A DNA stretch of 59,982 bases, filler included, from Sphacelaria rigidula (GCA_964200075.2; 10 parts of 10 records of this genome joined end to end with filler, not necessarily neighbours in it), one strand, 5' to 3'; shown: positions 13,242 to 25,974, counted from the first letter of the whole stretch. Program-made: numbers and translations. The notes: generated from the sequence alone by a model not told the origin.

Positions 13242-16200
13242 TTCAGGATCTCCACGGCTGTTGGGGCCAATCAACGGCCGGAAGTAAGGAGCGTGAGATG
13301 TTGTTGAGGGTTGAGATGGTCCGGTGATGAGTGATATTCCCCCTCCCCCCCCTCCCCTTGTCTTTTGTGATCCCTTGTTCTCTGGAGTTGTAGGTCGTTT
13401 CGTCGTCGTTCGAGAGCGTGAAGCACATCTTTTTCATGATGGTACGTGTGTGTTTGCCAGCGATGATTGACAGTACTTTGCTTCGTCTTCGTTATTTCTA
13501 TTTTCCCTTGATAGCTCTGGTGCAAGGTTCCACCAAAGGCTATCGGGGGGACGGAGGCGCCCGCGCAGGGGAGGGGGGAGCGGTTGGGGGGGGGAGTACT
13601 CAGTTGTTGCTCGCCTTAGTCGTTCGACCATTGACATCGTATCTCTTTCGAGACGGAGCAAGCAAGGGACGGCGGGGATAAAAAGAGAGAGAACGAATGT
13701 AGAGGGTGTTCGTGTGTCTCTTCGCACGCCTTTTTTGCGTTGCGGAGTCGTATTTGAGTTTTGGGATTGCACTCGTCAACGCTCAACAATCAGGTGATCT
13801 TCCAGAAGGCCTGCGCTTTCGATTCGGATAGTTTTTCCCGCTCGTGTGTCGGTAGGTCTCCGATGTTCATCGCGAGGCTGATCACTGAGTCTGTAATCGG
13901 GGGCTCGGGGAAAGAAGTCATGGGGAATGATTTTTTTTCATTCGCAGTGATGGTGGGCCCCGAACAATGCTCCGTTTTTCTCCTCGAGCTTCGGGCGTGC
14001 TCGGCGTTGAGAACTGTGGGAGAGGACGATCGTTCAAGGGCAACGACCGTGAGATTGCTGCCCCGATCTCCCGTCGTAATAGTTGAGCCTCGTTTAGCCA
14101 GGTCTTGTTAGGAGATCTCGTCCTCCGCCTCCGCACTCTGCAGTACTCTCTAAATAACCTTTACTGTACCTTTGGCAAGTCAAACGGGGGCGTAGTGCTC
14201 GCAGCCATATTGCATTTTGATATGTATAATATGTACATGGTCGTGCCAACCAGTACATGTATTCGCAAGTGGGATCCAGCAGGTGATGGACAAAAAAGTT
14301 CTGGAATGCTGATGGATGGCACTCTTCACCGCACTATTTTACCTTCTCTCCACCTCTTGGGTGCGTACCGTTTTCCCTCAGATGCAATAATTCAACACTA
14401 GTGATGAGCCACGGCAGACGCACGTGGAAGCAGTGCCGCAGGTATCCACGTGGCATGTCTGGGGTGCGTCGAGGTGTCGAACACCATGGCGAAAAACGAA
14501 CCAATGGCCCTGTCATTCAGCATAACGTATCATTGGAAGATGAGGCCTTCCAATCGCACGGCAAACCGTACCCTCTACGAAAGAAGAAAGGAAGTCTCAC
14601 CGCTAGGGATGCGAGGGGGAGGGGGAGGGGGAGGGGGGGGTGGGGGGGGGGAGGGAGGGGGTGTTGGCCTTCGGGAAGTGTTCGGGCTGTCCGATATTTT
14701 ACCGACCATAAACCACTTGTTGGTTTCCGAAGATGCCCTCAATTTCCTTTTTTGTGCTGCAGTTTTGCCTTGTCGATGAAGCAAGAGGCAGGGAGAGGCT
14801 GGTGGGTTGCAACAAATATGTGAAGGTGTCGTGAGAGGTGGGTATAAGCCACAACAGCGACGGTGTGTCCGCCACTATACTGTACAGTGTAGTTGTGCTA
14901 CCACTGTACATATCAAACTATTGCACCGATTGCGCCGACTCCATGTTCTTGTAGGGACCTTTTTGACATGCGGAGTGAACAAAGATACCGATGTTGGTGA
15001 CCTAACTGTTACTAGGGTGGCGCATAGGCAACCTGCAACACACATACGGTGGTCGCGTCGACAGCTCGGTACAGCACGAGTACCTCCCCATAGGTGATGA
15101 CTATTCCGATGTCAGGAGGTCATTGATTATCACCACTCGAAAGGAGAGACGAGAGTGCTCTACGATCAACCGCATGTCGTTGCGTTCGAGACCCACGCCA
15201 TCAACGGCCGACAGCAAGGGTCTTGCAGCTTTCACGCGACGCTATCGGCAGTACGCCAGGCAAACCGGATCATAGCTACCTCTCGTCTGCGCAGTGGTGG
15301 TCACGCTAACTGCACCGATTTTGCAAGACCTGAGAAAGCTAGAGAGTTTGATTTTCATGAGCTGCATGCACAAGATGAAAACGGTTCCTAAAACCTTAGG
15401 GATGTTAAATACCGTGAGCTCCTGAGTATACGCACGATGCCCGTTCTTGCAGCGTGCTCACTGCTGCAGTCAGCAGGACGTGAAAGGGAAGCGCACGAAG
15501 TACAGTACAAACAGTGCAGGACTGTATATATTTATGTTTTTTGCTCAGAGTGCGCCGTGAAAAGGACTTGAACAGTGTGCACAGCTTTGTCTGCCTGCAC
15601 TGTTCATGGGTGTGTATGCAGTGAACCGCCCGTTGTTGCTCGCACCATACCCCGCTGCTCAAGTTCAAACTTCCACCAACAAGACATACATCATGCTCAA
15701 CTACTGCAGCGTGTATCTATATCCCTGTGCCCAACCCGTGCTCTTTGCTGCAGGGTTATCGTGGTGGTATTATAGCTGGGGATAAGTGTTGTCGGGTTTG
15801 CAATTCAATCTGTGAACGGCGGGTGATACATATATATATATTTTGGCGTGATGGTCCCAAAGGTCCCCTGGAAGCAGTTATAGGACACAAGTGCACAAGT
15901 GCTAATGTACACGCTAGAGGATACTGCACGGCTATGTCTTCCGGAGTCGCAACAAATGCCTTAGAGGCCATAGTCGGTCCCTCCGCCAGAGGAATGATGC
16001 TCATATTTTCCCTTTAAGGGACGTTCACGAAACCCACGTGCTCCGGTGCACCATATTTCTGGTACCTTGGAGGGATTCAGACCTCAGAAGTCACTGAAGC
16101 ACCAGATGCCCTCCAGAGTATTCGTTTCATGACCGGGACCGAGTATGAAATATCCTCTAGATGATATTTTTATCCTCCCGAGGGTCACTTTACCCTCGAG

Positions 16201-17488
16201 AGGGTGAAAATCGCCGAATGGCCGCGTGTGTGGCAAGGATAATCATACGAGTATGCACCTCATGTATCTGTCGACGGCTTAGTACTGTATTTTCAGTACA
16301 AGTTAAGCCTTACTTTGCTTGTGGATTTATCCGCTGTGTCTGAACGAACCAGCCTGAAATTGGCACAGAGGTAGACCACAACACAGACAGCACATTCCCG
16401 CATCGGCGGCACGTTTAACCCTTAGACAGCGAGAGTATGTTATGTGTGGAATCGGCTTCAATTTCACTTGAAAAAAGTATGCATGATCCAGGTAGACTAC
16501 CCTCGCGGTCTGAGGATCAACGTGGTGCGCCAGACGCACGATGAATATGGATTCTGGGCAATGCCGTCGATACGCCCTCAAAACAAACTCCCCTCGGCCC
16601 AGACTGTGTGAGACGTCAGTGGATGCATATGTGGACACGCAGATGCGCTCACTTTCACATCATGACCTGCTGGGTGGCTCCTTCCCGGGCAAACAAGCAT
16701 CGATCCGTATTGGGTACACTCTGGATGATGTCATTCTACACGATACCTGTCTTGGTATCGCCTGTAGGGGTACTTACTTCAGGAGGCACGGTCGTGCAAG
16801 CGCTGTCAGTGCTTTTACGCGCAGTGTATATTAGTATATTATATACATGTATTATTTCACCGCTTTTGCCGAGTTTTCTCTGGCCGCAAGGCATTTTTTT
16901 CCACACGTACTATTACGGCGCACCGAGAAGGCTCATCGGTACATTACCGTTCAGGTTTTGGCGCCATCTGATACCTGTGGCGCGTGTTCTGGCCGCCTAA
17001 AGTCGCTCAAACTGGCCTTTTTTTGCGGGGTGCCAGGTCAATGGTGTTATGACCATGGCATGCATGGTCATGAGTATTGCTCCGTCTCGAAAGGGATGCC
17101 AGGTCAATGGTGAAACGACTAAGACAAGCACTAAATGAGTACGCCCCCCCCGTCCCGTCCCGTCCCGATCGTTTCCTTTTACTTGTATCGTATTCGATCA
17201 ACGATCCTGCGCCACCGTCGAAGAAACGACTTGAACACTTCCTCCCCGCGATGTCGATAACAATACGGTGTTTCCTGTCTCCTTGGTTTGATTTTGATTT
17301 TTCCTGCTACCAATTTGCATTGTTCCCCGTGGTTTCTGTTTTCACCACCCATTTTTTTTCCTATTCGTTTTGTCTTCTTTTCTCCTCCTCTTGTCAGGCA
17401 TACGACAACCTGGCAGCGGCCTCCGCCTTCGCCGAGAAAATTCACGCCAGGATGCGCCTGCAGCACATGCAACGACGTCACACTATCG
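13242..17488 (+). CDS. Hypothetical spliced gene, partial; candidate exons 13242-13283, 13794-13851, 14112-14174, 17398-17488
   Basis: The first three exons chain in phase (FRISTAVGANQRPE-VIFQKACAFDSDSFSRSCVG-DLVLRLRTLQYSLNNLYCTF; the third needs a GC donor). 17398-17488 (AYDNLAAASAFAEKIHARMRLQHMQRRHTI) has a strong polypyrimidine acceptor but is not in phase with the third, so an exon is missing or the model is wrong. Confidence 0.35.
13586..13660 (-). mobile_element. Family A LINE 3' tail
   Basis: G-run + agtactcagttgttgctcgccttagtcgttcgaccattgac...tttcgagacggagca. Confidence 0.8.
16419..16516. mobile_element. piggyBac-type MITE, older copy
   Basis: TTAA|CCCTTAGACAGCGAG ... CTCGCGGTCTGAGGA|TCAA; shares the aatcggc.tcaatttc..gaaaaaagtatgcatgatccag core with 28350-28447. 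Confidence 0.78.
17030..17150 (+). mobile_element. Family B tail fused head-to-tail with family A tail
   Basis: gggtgccaggtcaatggtgttatgaccatggcatgcatggtcatgagtat followed directly by tgctccgtctcgaaaggg...aaatgagtacg-(C)n. Confidence 0.8.
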
Positions 17489-17868
17489 GTACGATGAGGA
17501 CCTGTCCCTTCAACATCCTGGATAATGACTATACATCACGCTGTCAAAAAGCGTACACTGCGTGCAGTATGGAATTGAATTGTTTATTGCAAGAGACGCA
17601 AGAGTCGATGCTTTACGCAGTACACTTTTTGACGATGTAATCTACTGTCATGATGCAGCAGGGTGTGGTCCCTTTTGCCCCCGTCATTAGAGTTGACCGA
17701 TTGATGAATTGACTGGTTATGGGGAACCAATGGGTGCAATTGCGAGTCAGAGAAGAGCCCCAAGTTTTTATCGTTGGGATCAAGTCTCCCAGGCGCAGGT
17801 TCTTCGTGATGTCTCATTCACGTTCCGAAAACATACTGGAAACAGTATGAAATTAGTATTACATCCTT

Positions 17869-17871
<3 letters not shown>

Positions 17872-17923
<52 letters not shown>

Positions 17924-17926
17924 CCC
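17872..17926. repeat. Poly-C tract at contig end
   Basis: ~50 C; the length may be a sequencing artefact. Confidence 0.85.
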
Positions 17927-18026
17927 NNNNNNNNNNNNNNNNNNNNNNNNNNNNNNNNNNNNNNNNNNNNTTAATTAATTAANNNNNNNNNNNNNNNNNN
18001 NNNNNNNNNNNNNNNNNNNNNNNNNN
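17927..18026. other. Artificial contig-joining spacer
   Basis: N44-TTAATTAATTAA-N44. Confidence 0.98.
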
Positions 18027-18044
18027 CTCTCCACTGTTGAGCGT

Positions 18045-18143
18045 GGTGTGAGAAAAGATTCCAGATCACTTCGGGAATCGAACCCCCCTACTCAACCATC
18101 AGAGGGTTACGAGGTTACCAACTGAGCCACCGGAGCGACCGGC
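18045..18143 (-). mobile_element. tRNA-derived SINE head
   Basis: The minus strand has A box TGGCTCAGTTGG and B box GGTTCGATTCC; a second copy is at 43630-43720. Confidence 0.78.
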
Positions 18144-18254
18144 TTGCGAGTAGTGCAGGTTTTTATCATCATCCCGTCTGGTGCCTGTTGTTTGGACACA
18201 CACATGAGATTATTTTTATCTTTATCTTCATCTTGATCATTATTTTTATTCCTG

Positions 18255-18400
18255 TTTCTATTTCTATTTCTATTTCTATTTCTATTTCTATTTCTATTTC
18301 TATTTCTATTTCTATTTCTATTTCTATTTCTATTTCTATTTCTATTTTTTATTTTTATTTTTTATTTTTTATTTTTTATTTTTTATTTTTTATTTTTTTC
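18255..18400. repeat. (TTTCTA)n / (TTTTTTA)n microsatellite
   Basis: Direct observation. Confidence 0.95.
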
Positions 18401-19261
18401 TCTTCTCTTTATTGGCGCCGTGTGTGCCTTAACGGCTGTCCTTTCGTTCCTGCATGATCAGGTTGTCATTCCGCCTGGTGCAGAACTGAGGCCTTGCTCT
18501 TGTTCGGTTTGTTCGGTGGTTATTTTCCATTGATGTTCGCAAGGTTGTGTTCTGAAGGGTATGCGTACGTTCCGTATGGTATGAGATATCTTACAAAACT
18601 TGAAGAACTGTCGGTGCCGGGATGAAAGTCGTACAGAACTTCCAGGATTTGTCGGGTATGGGATGGAAATCGTACAGAAACCCTCACCCGCAACCGGGTA
18701 TTTCTACAAGGGTATATCCGCATCCCGGGGAAGGATGAACTTCTCGGACAGATCTGGCCGTACGGTCGGGTACCTGTACGCGAGACTTACAGAACTCACA
18801 GAACTATCGGCTACGGGAAATACTCGGGTAGAATACCCCAGGTATACAAGAATCATATCCTACAGAACATAAACTTGGATGTGCTGTGTTTTCTTTGCCT
18901 TTCGAGACGCAAGACGACGTCTGTCTTTACAGAGTGGTGCTTCACTACATCCAGTAGTAGCTGGGCGCGTGTTTTGCCGGCTTTTCTTCTGTCGCACGTG
19001 TAGTTGATGTACTGCTACACATGGAAGTCTCGAAATGTTTCATAGGAGAAGGGTATGATTTGAGACAGGTGAAGGGAACCCAGGTTGAAATCGTCGTCTC
19101 TTGGGGGAAGAGGGGGTTCGTGAAGCCATGGTTTTTTGCTTTCTGCGAGAACCTCACGTGTGTGCACGTAATAGAACTAGTTTCCTTTCACTGTTTTGGT
19201 GAAACGACAGTTTTTTTTTACAGTAGTAGTGCCCCCCCCCACAAAAAAAAGAAGAGAAAAA

Positions 19262-19680
19262 AGAAGGGGTATGTCGGTAGTCGAGGGCAGGCAGAAGCAG
19301 ATGCACAGAATTGCCCCCGTGGCAAAGCAAGAGAGGGTAGAACTCGTATAGTGGCAGAATGTGAACTATACGAGGAGGAACGGGACGTGGTAACGGGGGA
19401 AATGTGGGAAATGTGGGAGGAAAACGAAGGTGGCATGAAACCGTTTGATAGGTTAGACAGTAGCGGGAAAACGATCGCTATACTAGCAGATGGATGGTGG
19501 TCACAGACGGCAAAACAGGAAGGGGGTACGAGAAGGATTGAGGTGTTTGTGTCATGTATGAGATAAACGTGATGAGCGCGCAAATTATAGGAGTCTCTAT
19601 TAGAGGTAGGAACGGTGCTTCGTCTCGCAAGAAATGTGTAGTCAATGGTCAAACGACTAAGGCAAGCAACAAACGATTAC
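19262..19680 (+). mobile_element. Longest copy of family A non-LTR retrotransposon 3' end (degenerate C-terminal CCHC zinc knuckle)
   Basis: QNCPRGKAREGRTRIVAECELYEEERDV...LDSSGKTIAILADGWWSQTAKQEG resembles a decayed C-x-C...H-x4-C LINE knuckle. It runs into the ~65-nt tail (..NGAPSRKGCVVNGQxTKASNK*) that recurs at least 12 more times in the window. Confidence 0.75.
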
Positions 19681-20148
19681 CCATACACACAAATACACAC
19701 GTATCTACTCTGCTGCCCTGAATCCCTTGGGCTTTTTCCTTTTTTATTATTATCTCATTATTATTATGTTTTGTAATTTTTTGTTCTTCCCTTTCCTTTT
19801 TTCTTTCCTCTTTTCCTTTTTATGCTGTAGACCGGCCATTTCCTCCTGTGCTTTACTTTTGTAGATTTTTTTTTTTACGTCTTAGTATACTCTGTCGTTC
19901 TGTTCCACTTTTTTTCTGTTACTTATTTTTTCCTTCAGCGAGCATTTCAGTTTTATTATTTCTATGGTACGTCTTTCATGCGATCACGGCTGGACCGGGG
20001 TCAGTTAAAGTGCGACGATCAATCAATCAATTAATCAATCAAATCATGCGGTTCTTTCTCACAAGCCAAACTGCCAGCCGAGCCCTTTCCACCCCCTCAA
20101 GAACGAAGTGGATAATGACGATACACGCTACACGCCACACACACGCAG

Positions 20149-20418
20149 GTACCGGCCTTCACCAAGGCCGGCTTCCTCCACCGAAAAGGTCTGCAATACC
20201 ATTGGCGGAATAGGGATCGAGGTGGGGATGCGAATCCTGACAGCAAGACCGGTGGGCAAACCTCTGCGCCAGGAACAGTGGCAGCAGGAACCGGAACGGG
20301 GTCTGTAACGGAAGCGTCCGTTGATGCAGTAGGCGATGTTGTCGGCGGAGGGCGACCGCGGAAGTATCGAGATTTCGATGGGTACTTGGGGAACTTCGCA
20401 TCGAAGCGAAGGAGCAAG
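20149..20418 (+). CDS. Internal exon of FemAB-like / peptidoglycan biosynthesis-recognition (PF04339-type, GNAT fold) protein
   Basis: cag|...|gtaata, 270 nt, phase 0-0, no stops. GFLHRKGLQYHWRN...YRDFDGYLGNFASKRRSK matches the family pattern QYHWxNxGYxxFDxFLxxLxSxKRK, here with a Gly/Thr-rich insert. Neighbouring exons were not located. Confidence 0.72.
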
Positions 20419-20489
20419 GTAATATTTTGTATTTGCAGTGGAACTTCAAGCGGCTTTTGTTCCTCAAAAGTAGGGGTTTGATGGGTGCG

Positions 20490-20536
20490 GTTGTTGTTAT
20501 TGTGATTGTGATTGTGATTGTGATTGTGATTGTGAC

Positions 20537-20598
<62 letters not shown>
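20490..20598. repeat. (GATTGT)n + (GTT)n microsatellite
   Basis: Direct observation. Confidence 0.95.
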
Positions 20599-20599
<1 letters not shown>

Positions 20600-20949
20600 G
20601 TGTACTGCCCGCCTTTAGCTTAACGGCGTCGCGAGTCGTTTCGGCAGAAGGAGGCGGCCTTCTTCGCGTTTGCAAATTCTGTCTTTGGGCTCATCTGTTC
20701 CTCTTTCCTTTTCATTTTTTCAACACTTTTCAACGCCTCTCCTTCCTGTATTTGTATAATTGATTGATTGATCGATCGATTGATTGATTATCTCACATTA
20801 GCTGATTGCAACAATCCAGCCCGTGATCAGGAGCAGCAAAAATAGAACATAATGATGAAAAATAAAAATAAAGAAAGAAAGGAACAGAAAACGACAGAAG
20901 CAACGGCCTCAGAAAGGAAAGAAAGGGGGCAGCGATAACAACAAAAAAC

Positions 20950-20981
<32 letters not shown>

Positions 20982-21910
20982 CAACAAACAGCAACAGCAA
21001 CAGCAACAACAAAAATAATAAGCGCATGTACAACACGTGAACATGTGAGAATCATATATAGAAAGGGGAGGATAGTTGTGTGTGTGTGTGTGTGTGTGTT
21101 GCGATCTAGAGACTCGATCGAAGCAGATGCGCCGTTGCCGCGTGCAACTCGCTGGGAGGACTGAACACTGCACGCGAAATTGTGCGTTTTGTCAGCCGGA
21201 GGTAACGCCAGTACGCACCTTCCCTCGAGTGACAACTTTTCGAACTCAAAATTTCCATTACCCATGTTGGTATTTTGGGAGACGGGTGATATACTACTGG
21301 CTCCAATGCCGTACTGTTTGGGATGTTGATCGGGGGGAGAGGGGGGTGGCCTCCGACAAGTATCCGAGCTGTTCGACGACATTTTCGCGACCATAGATGA
21401 CTCATCTTATCCTCCGTTTTTCTCATAAGGATACACTTCATTTCATACTGTGATACCCCCCCCCCCCCCCCCCCTCTCCCTCTGCAATTCATCCATCACC
21501 TTCCCCCCTCCCTTCTACTCCTCNNNNNNNNNTTTTCGCCACCATAGAGGACTCTTCTTCTCCTCCGTTTTTCTCATAAGCATTCCCTTCATTTCATTCT
21601 GGGATACCCCCCCCCCCCCCCCCTTTTGATGGAGAAATCGTGCGACGTTCTCCCCGCTCAGACACTACATATATCCACACACCCCTGACACATAGTGGGC
21701 GCGAATATATTTTTTCAAGTGCTTTCATAGCGTAACCTCATAACCCTCACAAAAAATGTCATTTTTTCGGATTATTCTGCTGAGTGCGGGACGCGCCCTG
21801 AAACAGGGACCTCACCTGCATTCGGATTTCAAGCACGCAATGCAAAAAAAAATCGCTCGGATCGCACAGGTCGCCGAGGAGATTTGGGGTGCCAAAGTCG
21901 GAGATCAATC

Positions 21911-22251
21911 TACCACTTGGTAGTTATGGAACTTTGGTGGAAATTTATGATTTCGAATAACTCTAACCCTAACCCTAACCCCCTAAAACCCTAACCCTCA
22001 CCCCAACGAAGGCATACCGAGGGCCCTGGGGCAAGGGGGGTGCAACGTGTCCCGTAGGCAAAGTGTGCGGTGCCAGACCTGAAATCGGCGCCTGACGCTT
22101 CGATTCGGACGAAAACGCGTTCTGCGCACGCCAGGAGCAAAACCCCCATTGAAGATCCGGATTTCGGAGTCCACGCTAACACCAAGTCAGAAAATTTTAT
22201 TCCTACCAAGCGTTAACCTGGGTCAGAAGTTTCCATACCCACCAAGTGGTG
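21911..22251. mobile_element. MITE-like element with ACCACTTGGT TIRs carrying telomere-like (CCCTAA)n
   Basis: taccacttggt ... accaagtggtg; ctaaccctaaccctaacc at 21963-21998; a related copy starts at ~10334 and runs to ~10545. Confidence 0.6.
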
Positions 22252-23197
22252 AACTCTACTGCGAAGTCGGTTCCTCGGAATAGGCTCCCAACCAACCCGC
22301 TGTCCTGAACAAATACAAATGAAGAAAAACACCACGGTTAGGACGACTAAACTCGTGATTCAACTCATAGTCATCGTTTCAACGAATAAATCATATTATT
22401 CGTTTATCATCTGTAATTCACACAGCTTCTCAGCTCGTGCGTCGAGCAGCATAACTCAAAGGTACCCGCTTGCTACCTTCCATGAATACCGGGGTAGATA
22501 ATGGGCATATAGTCAACCCTGCACTGCAAATTTGAATGCATCGATTGTACATGCCACACACTTCTTACCATCATGAGTCGGGAACGTCATGTACAACTTG
22601 CTTCACCAAGTCGTTCGAGGTGAGCGCCCGTATATTTTTCCCACGTTCGGGCTAATGCGGGATCAACGAGTTGTACAGGTTGAATCTTCACTTCCNNNNN
22701 NNNNNTCACAGCTGTAATGCGCGCAAGATGACTGCGCTGCATATGTGTTATCCACCTCGACTCAGCGGTACCAACAGGTTATACAGCATGACTGTTTTCG
22801 CATCATGAGGAGTCGACTCGTATGAACTCTGATTTGTCCTAACCGTGAAAAACACAGACGGAGGGGGCGAAGGGGAAAATATAGAAAGAGAGGCCTGACT
22901 TGGAGTAATTTTGTGTCGGTGACTGCGTGTCTCCATGTACGATGCACTTCGACAATTCATGAAGAGAGAAGCGCTGCCGCTCGTGCACCCAGCCGCACGA
23001 TGAACCCGAGGAAAAGAGCGTGGTGTGTGCTGGAACAGACAATGTCATGGTGACTTGTGTTATGTACGGTCTTGTTTCTGGGTTATGTTGAGTCTATCGG
23101 TACTGCCATGTGCGCCGTACCTTTTGTACAGCATCCGTCTGCCGCGACAAAGATCCAGCTTTGTTAGAAAAACATGAGAGCAAGTGTCACCCCCCAC

Positions 23198-23303
23198 GGG
23201 GGGGGTGTACTCATGATATTGCATGCCGCAATCATGTGACTATTGGCCTCGCATCCCTACAAAGCCGGGACGGAGCACGCCGGGTTTTCGCTTGACCGGG
23301 CTC
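23198..23303 (-). mobile_element. Family B SINE-like element, 3' fragment
   Basis: gggggggtgtactcatgatattgcatgcc...cgcatccctacaaagccgggacggagcacg. Confidence 0.82.
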
Positions 23304-23822
23304 TCCCAGGGTGGGTCGTGTGCTGCATCGGCGTGGTTTTCACTTGGAAAATGAATGCAAGTTTCACGTGACCCAACGTGGCGGTCAAAAGGTTCCATTT
23401 TAGAGCTGGTGGCAGGCAGAGGTCACGCTCTCCAAAGGTTTCGTGCAATACGATCCTCGATGATACCATAGACGACGGGAAGGAATGCAGGGGGGAGAGA
23501 GAGAAGACAGCACTGTACTGACTCTACTGCATTGTGCTACTGTGGCACTGGGCGTTTTGTTTTGGTTCAGTTTCGTTCATCTATAGAGACAATCGCTTCC
23601 AGGGTAGGTCATCCGTTGCTCCGGCAGAGTTTCAACTTGAATTCATGAGTGCGACACCCAGATGACCCTCCATGGCTGTCAAAGGGTTCCATTTTAGAGC
23701 TGGCAGCAGGAAGAGGTGACGCTCTCCACAGGTCAAGTGGAATCTAATTCTTGGTGACATCCATAGACGAAGGGAAAGAACGCAGCGGGGAGAAGAGAAA
23801 GGACGACACTGTGCTGTACTCC
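23303..23822. repeat. Diverged tandem duplication, period ~295 bp
   Basis: ggttccattttagagctgg..gaggt.acgctctcca and ccatagacga.gg.aa.aa.gcag shared by both units. Confidence 0.7.
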
Positions 23823-23862
23823 CTAGCATTGTATTGCGTTGCAGTACTGTCGTGCTGCGGGT

Positions 23863-23934
23863 GAGTCATCCTACGATAGGGGGGGGGTATTTGGTTGCAC
23901 GAAAAAAGAGGCTCATGAGTGTGTCAAACATCCT
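23863..23934. mobile_element. Family C MITE terminus, cut by contig end
   Basis: gagtcatcctacgatag-(G)n-tatttggttgcacgaaaaa. Confidence 0.8.
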
Positions 23935-24034
23935 NNNNNNNNNNNNNNNNNNNNNNNNNNNNNNNNNNNNNNNNNNNNTTAATTAATTAANNNNNNNNNN
24001 NNNNNNNNNNNNNNNNNNNNNNNNNNNNNNNNNN
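23935..24034. other. Artificial contig-joining spacer
   Basis: N44-TTAATTAATTAA-N44. Confidence 0.98.
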
Positions 24035-24134
24035 CCCCGTCCCCGGGGGGCAGGGAGACGAAAAAAGTGGACAAAAGAATACAGCGCGCCAAAAACAAAA
24101 TAAACCCCCCCCCCCCCCCCCCCCCCACTGGAGC

Positions 24135-24639
24135 ATCCATCCTCGAGAGTTGGCGTCAGTCGGCAACGACGCTGTAAAAGACGCCACACACTACGTAAGC
24201 TAGTCGATCAAAAAGTCACTTCTTTTTTCACGCTTACGTTCTTTGTTTTGCTGTAGGCATGACGGTGGTAGAGCTAAATCATATCGCGCGGGGTGGAGAA
24301 CTCGAAACCCGCATAGAGGGAACGACGAGGTGCTTACATGGTGAGACACACATGAGGCAATGTGTAACCCGTGGCTTGTCTCTGGAAGTGGCAATACCGA
24401 AAAATGGAGCAACTCATTGGAGACTGTCATTCGAATACAAGATATTCAGTATGCTTCGGGCCGAACAATCTTCGGATGCAGGTCACCCTTCGCGCGACTC
24501 TCCGAACACATAACGGCGCTTCGCGCTTGGTGATTGATTGCGAGCCTTGTCCGCCGAAAACCAGGCGTGCGCCGTCCCGGCTTTGTAGGAATGCGAGGTC
24601 AAATGCCATGTGTACGGCATGCAAGATCATCATGAGTAA
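24135..24639 (+). mobile_element. Family B SINE-like element, near full length
   Basis: Collinear with the reverse complement of 56170-56672; preceded by a C-run. Confidence 0.85.
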
Positions 24640-25130
24640 CTCTAAGCCGGCCGATAACCATCGCTCCGACATCACCAGCACGCCTCCTTCCGTCAAAGGA
24701 GCGAACAGGGAAGTGCCGACTGCTCGTGTTCCCAGGATCTTGGAGAGATGGACAAAGTTGAGCGTCTCCCACCATTGTTCTTCTACAGGACTCGATAAAA
24801 AAACTGAACGGCATCGTGTTTCCTTCATTACCCCCGGTCTTGCGTAGCCTGCGCGCGAACAAAACGCGACGAGTTCCTTTGTTCCTCCCTGATGATTTGC
24901 ACGTGAAGAGAAGCCAAAAAAATCGCGCCGAGAAACAACGCAGCACTTCTTGTTCTCCAGGGCAGCACATGAAAAAACTCAACATCCAAATCGGCAAATC
25001 AAAAGTGGCATACAGGCTGTAGGGCTGATGGGGATGACGGTGCACCGCTCTCCGCGCCACTAAATTTCCCCACGAGCCATGGTACACTGTCGAAGGCGGT
25101 GCCCCTTTCACTTCTTCAGCGTTGGAGCGC

Positions 25131-25245
25131 GGGGGGGGTGGGGGCGTACTCATTTATTTATTTCCCTAGTGGATTGACCATTGACTGCGCGTCCCTTTCG
25201 AGATGAAGCACCGTCCCTAATCCTAATAGAGACACCTCCAACATT
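25131..25245 (-). mobile_element. Family A LINE 3' end (longer fragment)
   Basis: Translates PNVGGVSIRIRDGASSRKGRAVNGQSTREINK*; G-runs on both sides. Confidence 0.8.
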
Positions 25246-25358
25246 TGGTGGAGGGGGGGGAGCGTGGCTATGTATGAAAAAAAAGTATTGACCTCGTTGC
25301 AGCGAGCGACCAAGGCGAAGACGCTGAAGCGTCATCAAGATCAACTCGATCGCGTAGC

Positions 25359-25408
<50 letters not shown>

Positions 25409-25412
25409 ATTA
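25359..25412. repeat. (TAT)n microsatellite
   Basis: Direct observation. Confidence 0.95.
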
Positions 25413-25974
25413 TTTTTATTATAATATATTATTACATCCGCACATTAGTCCGATCTCGCGAACCCGTGGTCACAGACGTAGGCTCGCCTTTCCAATACCG
25501 TCCTTGCTTTTCCTTACAAGACATATTACCAAAAATAAACATGAGAGAGACGCCACGAAAACCGGTGAGAAGTAGCTCCCCAGAGTTCAACGGGGAGAGA
25601 AAAGAAGGAAGGAAAAACAAACAGTAGCTTAGTAGTCGATATATACATATATCACCACCAGCCCAGGGAACACAGCCCACTCTTGGAGTACAGAACAAAC
25701 TCGTCCACGACATACCATACGCACAACTCTTCTCCCTTTCCAGGAAGTTGAAAACACATCACAACGAAATAAACATGTGCAGGCAATCTGCAGGACACCT
25801 CGACGCACGTCAGAGGACTATTCTAAAGCGAAAAATAAAACAAAACAAAAGATGACATTCGTGAATGCCCACTGCTTGCCTCACCCTACATCACAACCAG
25901 TGATCAGTAAAACCACACATGCATCAAAATGTACAGGCAATATTTTCTTCTCATAAGCTCTCTTCCTCTATCAG

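Noticed and set aside
14700..16900. Possible decayed transposase-like coding DNA
   Set aside because: There is no continuous frame or diagnostic motif, and the impression rests on a few residues.
18060..18143. tRNA gene (also 43640-43720, B boxes at ~42708 and ~54428)
   Set aside because: A and B boxes are present, but there is no proper acceptor stem and the copies share non-tRNA downstream sequence. These are SINE heads or decayed fragments.
20097..20675. 192-aa minus-strand ORF
   Set aside because: It is the antisense shadow of the FemAB-like exon plus a microsatellite.
21381..21625. Direct duplication around a 9-N gap
   Set aside because: The second copy looks like a low-quality reread of the first next to a poly-C tract, so this is likely a gap-closing artefact.
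24371..24847. 158-aa ORF and similar CLWKWxYxKM ORFs at 3092
   Set aside because: They are translations of family B repeat copies, and the frames are not conserved between copies.
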